In this document: positions 58,719-64,000 of the stretch, piece by piece
How positions within the stretch are numbered: the first letter of the stretch is position 1
How the letters are laid out: each line of letters begins with the position of its first letter
Origin: a virus
Taxonomy: Duplodnaviria > Heunggongvirae > Uroviricota > Caudoviricetes
IMG/VR virus record: IMGVR_UViG_3300028832_000119
Span: 8,924-72,923 of that record
Direction: 5' to 3' (one strand)
Length of the DNA: 64,000 nucleotides
The notes under the pieces: generated by a model
The model's database searches: none
The model's input: the letters and a program-made list of their open reading frames with translations, nothing else
Told to the model about the DNA's origin: nothing
Program-made: the position numbers and the translations under genes

Positions 58719-58875
58719 AAAAGACGTCCTTGACGAATTTTTTGTATTAATTGGAAAAATTGCTTTACTTTCTGCTAATTGACCTAATAATTCTGCTTTT
58801 TGGGATGAAATTAGTGAAGATGTTCAGAAAGTATTAGGTAAAGTAACTAAAGATAAAATGATTTATGGTTGGTAA
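58711..58875 (+). CDS. small ORF with one in-frame TGA (candidate opal read-through)
   Basis: ATG 58711 MNEKDVLDEFFVLIGKIALLSAN-TGA(58780)-PNNSAFWDEISEDVQKVLGKVTKDKMIYGW-TAA. The 30 stop-free codons after the TGA have no start codon of their own. Confidence 0.25.
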
Positions 58876-59119
58876 ATCTGATTGTATTACCATATTTAAT
58901 GAAATGATTAGAGGTGCTCCTTTTGATAAACTAATTTTGATTTTTTCAGATTATTTAACAGAAATTAAGTGTGGAAAATCTGATAAGATGATAAATTTAG
59001 TTGTACAAAATCCTCAATTAATAAATGTGGCAATGCCTAAAATTGTGGAATATTTTTGTAGAAAATACTGTATTTTAAGTATTATATTTAACAATAAAAC
59101 AATTTTGTATTATGAGTAA
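58865..59119 (+). CDS. hypothetical protein (84 aa)
   Basis: ORF. Confidence 0.4.
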   Translation: MVGKSDCITIFNEMIRGAPFDKLILIFSDYLTEIKCGKSDKMINLVVQNPQLINVAMPKIVEYFCRKYCILSIIFNNKTILYYE

Positions 59120-59597
59120 TGAAAATGTAACTGGAGGTCCAATCCAGACCATTAGAGAAGGTAACAAAATTACCAAGATTTGTGTAGAAGATTACTACAA
59201 GATGATTAACCGTATTGCTGCTGCTGAAGATCGTAGTGCAGAAAAGTGGAATGAGATTTGGGAGTCTATGGGTGAAGATGATACTTGTGTTATCGTTGGA
59301 ACTGGTATTTCTCAGCCTTGTTTAACTGATGCTTTCGATGAAGAAATTGGCAACAATATTGCTTTCATGAAGGCTAAGTTAAATGCCAATATGAAAAAGA
59401 GAAATGTTCTTCGTAAACTGTGGGAAGCTGCAATGATTACTATCGATGCCATTGATGAGGAATGGAGTAAAATTGATAATATGATTGCATTTGACTTAAA
59501 TGGTCTACGTAAGTATAATACTGAGTATCTTAATCATTTAGACGAATTTGGCTATGAAATACAAGAAGAGACTGAAGAACCTAGAAGCGAGGATTAA
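59112..59597 (+). CDS. acidic hypothetical protein (161 aa)
   Basis: ORF with host-like codon usage. Confidence 0.5.
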   Translation: MSNENVTGGPIQTIREGNKITKICVEDYYKMINRIAAAEDRSAEKWNEIWESMGEDDTCVIVGTGISQPCLTDAFDEEIGNNIAFMKAKLNANMKKRNVLRKLWEAAMITIDAIDEEWSKIDNMIAFDLNGLRKYNTEYLNHLDEFGYEIQEETEEPRSED

Positions 59598-59669
59598 AGC
59601 TTGGGAAGCTCGTGGCGGTCAAAATAAAGAGAGTGGACATCTTCATAAAAGACCTGGAAGTAAGAATAA

Positions 59670-60047
59670 ATGAGTAGAAAAGAACTATTTAAACAATTAA
59701 ATAGACTTTGTGAAGAACTTAACTATAAGTATAGTATAAATTGTGGTGGCTGTTGTTATGTAGCTGCTGTTCTTGCTGAACAGTTTGAGTTACATAACAT
59801 TCCATTCACTGTTATTCATTACAATGAATGTGGTTGTCATTATGCTATTAAAGTATCTGATAGATATATTAATAGAGATGACTATAGAAAAAGAGAAATA
59901 TCTGAATACTTAGATTGGAGTTCTTCTGACTTATTTGAGGTCTATAATGATGGAGATTGGAATAAATGTTATAGTACAATACATAATTCCACTGTAAGAA
60001 AAGCCATCGTGAAAGTATTTAGTAAATATGAAAATCGTAGAGCCTGA
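59670..60047 (+). CDS. hypothetical Cys-rich protein (125 aa)
   Basis: ORF. Confidence 0.45.
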   Translation: MSRKELFKQLNRLCEELNYKYSINCGGCCYVAAVLAEQFELHNIPFTVIHYNECGCHYAIKVSDRYINRDDYRKREISEYLDWSSSDLFEVYNDGDWNKCYSTIHNSTVRKAIVKVFSKYENRRA

Positions 60048-60333
60048 TTTTATCATGGAGCCTTCTGGTAGTGGTTCATGTTATGATTTAACTTTTATGA
60101 AAAAAGTTAAAAAACGTGAAACAGGAAAATTTGAAATAGAACCAGGACCTCCTTTATATGGATTAACTCTTACCCATGCTCTTAGTAAGATAGCTCATAA
60201 TAGAACTGCTAGAAAATGGGAAGAAGATAATGTTACCTTAAAAGAATTTCTGAAGGAATTAGATAAGAATTATAAAGAATTATTAAAACTTTGTAAGGAT
60301 CTTCCTCCAGAGAAATTTGATACTGGAGAATGA
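60028..60333 (+). CDS. hypothetical protein (101 aa)
   Basis: ORF. Confidence 0.45.
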   Translation: MKIVEPDFIMEPSGSGSCYDLTFMKKVKKRETGKFEIEPGPPLYGLTLTHALSKIAHNRTARKWEEDNVTLKEFLKELDKNYKELLKLCKDLPPEKFDTGE

Positions 60334-60662
60334 ACAAATGGTTTTTATTAGGAACAATTCTAGGAGTAGTCCTAGTTGTATTTTTATACTATAAAATGGC
60401 TAATTTTCATCCAATTGATAAGGATGATGAGCTATTAAGAAAAATAAATGAGTTAGAATTAAAGATAGATTCTTTGAATAGTCGAAAAGATAGTATTAGA
60501 TCGGTTATTGATTCAACTCATGTTAAAATAATAACAAATGAAAAACATTATCAAGAAAGGATTAATACTATTCTTGTTCAGTCTGCTAGTGCTGACTCCA
60601 GCTTCATCACAGACTACATTAGACTCTATTCAGAGCAAAACTCTTTGTCTAATTCTAAATGA
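60330..60662 (+). CDS. membrane-anchored coiled-coil protein (110 aa)
   Basis: N-terminal TM helix. ATGA overlap. Confidence 0.45.
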   Translation: MNKWFLLGTILGVVLVVFLYYKMANFHPIDKDDELLRKINELELKIDSLNSRKDSIRSVIDSTHVKIITNEKHYQERINTILVQSASADSSFITDYIRLYSEQNSLSNSK

Positions 60663-60896
60663 ACACAAAAAGTATAGTATAGAAAATCCCTTGTTAAAAC
60701 AACAGGTAGAGTCATTAGAGAAGTTGAATCAACTTTATGTAAAGACAGATTCTATTCAAAAAGAAGAGATTCATCTTTATGAAGAAAAAGTTGCATCTGA
60801 TGACAAAAAAATTCAACGATTAAAATCCGCTCAGAAGAAAACATTAATTGGAGCTTCCGTAGGCGGTATTGTTTTATTTATTTTAGGTTTAATTTT

Positions 60897-61199
60897 ATGA
60901 CGTATAATATTTATTACGGAACTATTGGAAAGACTTTAGGTGTTAAGTATCGTTTTACTAGAAATTGTAATCGTGGAGAGCAAGAGGCTCTTAAGATTGC
61001 TAAAAATGCTGCTACTTCATTCTATTATAAGAATGAGGGAAAATATGGTCTTCCATCTTTCGATGATATTAATAAAGAGTCAAAGATTACAGGTCGTTCT
61101 ATAGAAGATCTTTATAATGATCACGTAGAAGACATGTGCAGATGGTATGTAATTCCTACTGAATTGGATACTGTCCCAACGAGTAAGCTTCGTTGGTAA
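60897..61199 (+). CDS. hypothetical protein (100 aa)
   Basis: ORF. Confidence 0.45.
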   Translation: MTYNIYYGTIGKTLGVKYRFTRNCNRGEQEALKIAKNAATSFYYKNEGKYGLPSFDDINKESKITGRSIEDLYNDHVEDMCRWYVIPTELDTVPTSKLRW

Positions 61200-61202
61200 T
61201 TA

Positions 61203-61520
61203 ATGTTGACTGTTTATAGTCAATTAGTTGCTTGTGAAAATGATGCATTAGGTTATATAACCTATGTATTCAAATGTCTAGAGCCTAATCCTGGATTTGG
61301 TCATAGTTATATTATGGTAACAAGGTTTCCAAATTGGGATCACAGATCTCTAGATATTGGAGAAATAGGATATTTAACTTATAATGAAGTTGTAGCAGGC
61401 AAAGATAAATGGTTTTGTCCTGAAAATGGACAATTTGTACCATACAACTATACAAATATTTATTTTGTAAAGTTTGTACAAGAAAAAGTAGATAGTTCTA
61501 AAAAAGATATTATAATATGA
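61203..61520 (+). CDS. hypothetical protein (105 aa)
   Basis: ORF. Confidence 0.45.
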   Translation: MLTVYSQLVACENDALGYITYVFKCLEPNPGFGHSYIMVTRFPNWDHRSLDIGEIGYLTYNEVVAGKDKWFCPENGQFVPYNYTNIYFVKFVQEKVDSSKKDIII

Positions 61521-61529
61521 AAGATTTAA

Positions 61530-62393
61530 ATGAATACTGTATTAGGAGATGCCTTACAGAAGGCAATGAACTCTAAGAAAAATGACTTTTCTTCATTTGT
61601 TTGGAAAGGCGAAAAGAGGAAGGAAGGAGATAAATATGTTCAAGATTCTATTAAGATTGTTGACATGACACCAGATCAACTTAAGAAGTGTTATGAGCAT
61701 TGTGAAAAGATGCTTCATAATGACGATCCAAAGAACCTTGGCCGATATAATGTATTAGACGAAGTAACTGAACAAATCAATAAATGTAATGTAGAATTAC
61801 TTTTGAGATTCTTTGAGAATAGTTATTTGAAGGATAACAGAGAGGATATTCGTAGACGTTCTCTTTGGGTAAGTCTTAGACAATTTAAGGCAAACAACCC
61901 AGAAATAACTGATTTATCTTCAGTACCTCTGACTAAAATTAGTTCTAATCTTCCTTCTGAGTTCGATGATGTAAATATTCAAGATACTATGGACGGTTGT
62001 CTTGATTATCTTGGAGCCTTTAATAAACAACACTTGACTATGACCTTTATTACTAAAATGGGCTTGTGGTTTACTAAAGCTGAAGAGAATGAATTGAAGG
62101 GTAATTCTAATGCTGAGAGATTGAAGATTGCTAAGGAGAAACTCCATCTTCCAGAGAAACTTAACCTTAAATTTAGTGAGAAAGGATTGTCTTATCATGA
62201 AATGAGAGCAATTCTTATTCTACCTAAGAAACAGAAATATTCTGATATGACTACTGAACAACTTGTTACTTTGAGAAATAAAGTATTGCTTCGTTTCCAA
62301 AGAGAGGTTGATGGTCATATTTATAGTTGGAGAAAACTCCAGAAGCAAATCGAATTGGTTGCTAAAAGTAAAGGAGTTGACTTAAATGACTAA
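61530..62393 (+). CDS. hypothetical protein (287 aa)
   Basis: ORF. Confidence 0.5.
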   Translation: MNTVLGDALQKAMNSKKNDFSSFVWKGEKRKEGDKYVQDSIKIVDMTPDQLKKCYEHCEKMLHNDDPKNLGRYNVLDEVTEQINKCNVELLLRFFENSYLKDNREDIRRRSLWVSLRQFKANNPEITDLSSVPLTKISSNLPSEFDDVNIQDTMDGCLDYLGAFNKQHLTMTFITKMGLWFTKAEENELKGNSNAERLKIAKEKLHLPEKLNLKFSEKGLSYHEMRAILILPKKQKYSDMTTEQLVTLRNKVLLRFQREVDGHIYSWRKLQKQIELVAKSKGVDLND

Positions 62394-62580
62394 AAAAGAA
62401 TTGATAGAGATGCTTTCTGAAGTTCCTGATGACTCTGAAATACGTACTGTAGAAATTAGACAAGATTTACTTAGTTCAAGTACATATACAAGAGAAGTTA
62501 ATGGATATTATGAAAATAATGGTTATTACGTTTTATGTGGATTAAACGTAAGGCCTTATAAAATAGAAAAGCATGACTAG
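62386..62580 (+). CDS. hypothetical protein (64 aa)
   Basis: ORF. Confidence 0.4.
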   Translation: MTKKELIEMLSEVPDDSEIRTVEIRQDLLSSSTYTREVNGYYENNGYYVLCGLNVRPYKIEKHD

Positions 62581-63835
62581 AACTGAACGACAACAAGAAT
62601 CTGTTAAAAGGTGGTTAGCTCACAAAGGAAAAGGAACTATTGTAGGAGCTACAGGTTATGGTAAAACTCGTTGTGCTTTAATGGCAATTAAAGCTTTACT
62701 AAATAAATATCCACAGTTTAGGATACTTGTTGTCGTTCCTACTGAAGCTCTTCAAAAACAATGGTTAGGTCATATAGATGAATGGGGTTTTCAGTTTAAT
62801 GTAGAAGTAGTAATTATTAATACTTGCATAAAACATAATTGGACTTGTGATTTACTAGTAATTGATGAATGTCATAGATGTGGTGCTGATGAATTTAGTA
62901 AAGTATTTAAATGTGTTAAATATAGAATAATTCTAGGACTTACTGCAACTATAGAACGTCTTGATGGTAAACATCTTTTAATTCAGAAATATTGTCCAGT
63001 TGTAGATGATATTCCTACATTGGAGTGTCTTGTAAATGGTTGGATCTCTGAATATAAAGAATATCAAGTATTAATTGATGTTGATAATATTGATTACTAT
63101 AAATCTTTAAATAAAGAATGGATTCAACATTTTGAATTCTTCCAATATGACTTTAATTTAGCTATGTCAATGGTTAAACCTAAAGTTGGATGGCAAAATA
63201 AATTAAAATTTAGAGATGAATTATATAAAGGCAATGATGAAAATATGAAAAAGCAAGTTCTTGCTAGTATTAATTATCATTCTGCTGGATTTATTAGAAC
63301 AATGACAGCCAGAAAAGCTTTTATATATAATCATCCTAAAAAGATTGAAATTGCCAGAAAAATAATGGAAGCTAAATCTGGTTCTAAAATTATTACTTTT
63401 AGTACTAATGTTGAAATGGCAGAAGCTATCGAAAATGGGCAAAATGTTTATACAGGAAAAACTTCTAAAAAGAAGGGAAGAGTAATGTTAGAGGATTTTA
63501 TATCTGGCAACATTAAAACTCTCCATTCTTGTAAAAAACTTGATGAAGGTTTTGATTGTCCTGATGCTTCTGTAGCTATAATTCTTGGATTTGATAGTTC
63601 AGAAACTAAATCTACTCAAAGAAGAGGACGTGTAGTTCGAAAGTTTGAAGACAAAGTTGCTGAAATATTTTATATAGTAATTAATGATACACAAGAAACT
63701 AAGTGGTTCACTCAATCACATCAGAAAACTAAAAATTATATAACCATTGATGAAATGGGACTTGAAAAAGTTCTTAGAGGAGAAAATCCAGAACCTGTGA
63801 CAAATAAACCTAGAGAATTAATGTTTAGATTTTAA
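62573..63835 (+). CDS. superfamily-2 DNA helicase (DEAD/DEAH-like; DECH box)
   Basis: Walker A GATGYGKT, motif II VIDECHR, helicase C-terminal motifs (TATIERL, HSCKKLDEGFDCP, QRRGRVVR). Confidence 0.6.
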   Translation: MTRTERQQESVKRWLAHKGKGTIVGATGYGKTRCALMAIKALLNKYPQFRILVVVPTEALQKQWLGHIDEWGFQFNVEVVIINTCIKHNWTCDLLVIDECHRCGADEFSKVFKCVKYRIILGLTATIERLDGKHLLIQKYCPVVDDIPTLECLVNGWISEYKEYQVLIDVDNIDYYKSLNKEWIQHFEFFQYDFNLAMSMVKPKVGWQNKLKFRDELYKGNDENMKKQVLASINYHSAGFIRTMTARKAFIYNHPKKIEIARKIMEAKSGSKIITFSTNVEMAEAIENGQNVYTGKTSKKKGRVMLEDFISGNIKTLHSCKKLDEGFDCPDASVAIILGFDSSETKSTQRRGRVVRKFEDKVAEIFYIVINDTQETKWFTQSHQKTKNYITIDEMGLEKVLRGENPEPVTNKPRELMFRF

Positions 63836-64000
63836 TCTTATGGGAGCAAATGATAGACAGGAATTTATTATAATGCTTTTAATAGAGAATAGAAGCTATT
63901 GTTCTGATGATAGAGGAGCTTTCTATAACTTTTTAAAAGATAATTATGATTTAAACAAATTCAATGAGAGATACATGGAATTGTTAGATGAATTTATGAA

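Noticed and set aside
60538-60900. Track ORF 60538..60900 overlapping 60330..60662 in another frame
   Set aside because: Long overlap with a well-formed gene. Likely its real start is a downstream ATG, or it is spurious. Not enough evidence to call.

Overview
This 64-kb window is an AT-rich (~30% GC) tailed-phage segment, probably from a Bacteroidota host (no Shine-Dalgarno sequences, A-rich start contexts). It has four blocks.

(1) Positions 1-11361 hold a minus-strand late/structural and lysis block: a portal-like protein, TerL, a PD-(D/E)XK nuclease, an amidase endolysin, a membrane protein and an oppositely oriented SLT lytic transglycosylase. Every reading frame in this block is interrupted only by in-frame TAG codons. 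TGA and TAA behave as true stops, with overlapping ATGA and TAATG junctions between genes. This is evidence of amber (TAG) stop-codon reassignment, probably to Gln, confined to late genes. A ~775-aa plus-strand gene at 45655-47979 and an HNH endonuclease at 54860-55585 are recoded in the same way.

(2) Positions 11575-13440 are a replication control region: a double winged-helix (wHTH) initiator-like protein, four ~21-bp iterons and an AT-rich unwinding element.

(3) Positions 13536-28217 and 37650-63835 carry many small plus-strand early or accessory genes in the standard code. Recognisable products are a ParB/DUF262-like protein, RNase H, an SF2 helicase and a von Willebrand factor A (vWA)/MIDAS protein. 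Several of these genes form islands with GC-richer, host-like codon usage.

(4) Positions 28230-37560 and 48990-56190 are very large tRNA arrays. I hand-parsed about 40 tRNA or tRNA-like genes. They include Asp, Lys x3, Asn, Leu(TAA), Leu(TAG), Gln(TTG), Met, Glu, Ala-like, Val, Ile, Pro, Tyr, Phe, Trp(CCA), Arg(ACG), Ser x2, Gly x2, Lys(CTT) and His. Also present are a Trp-like tRNA with an apparent UCA (opal-reading) anticodon, a tRNA split by a ~500-nt group-I-like intron, many tRNAs with 40-100-nt insertions in the D-loop or anticodon region that share a conserved hairpin plus TTACTTACAA motif, half-tRNAs, and a tandem triple-T-arm element. Two HNH endonuclease genes (one standard-code, one TAG-recoded) sit inside the arrays, and a flotillin (SPFH)/NfeD membrane-scaffold gene pair lies between arrays.

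All tRNA calls and coordinates were made by eye and need tRNAscan-SE/Infernal confirmation.
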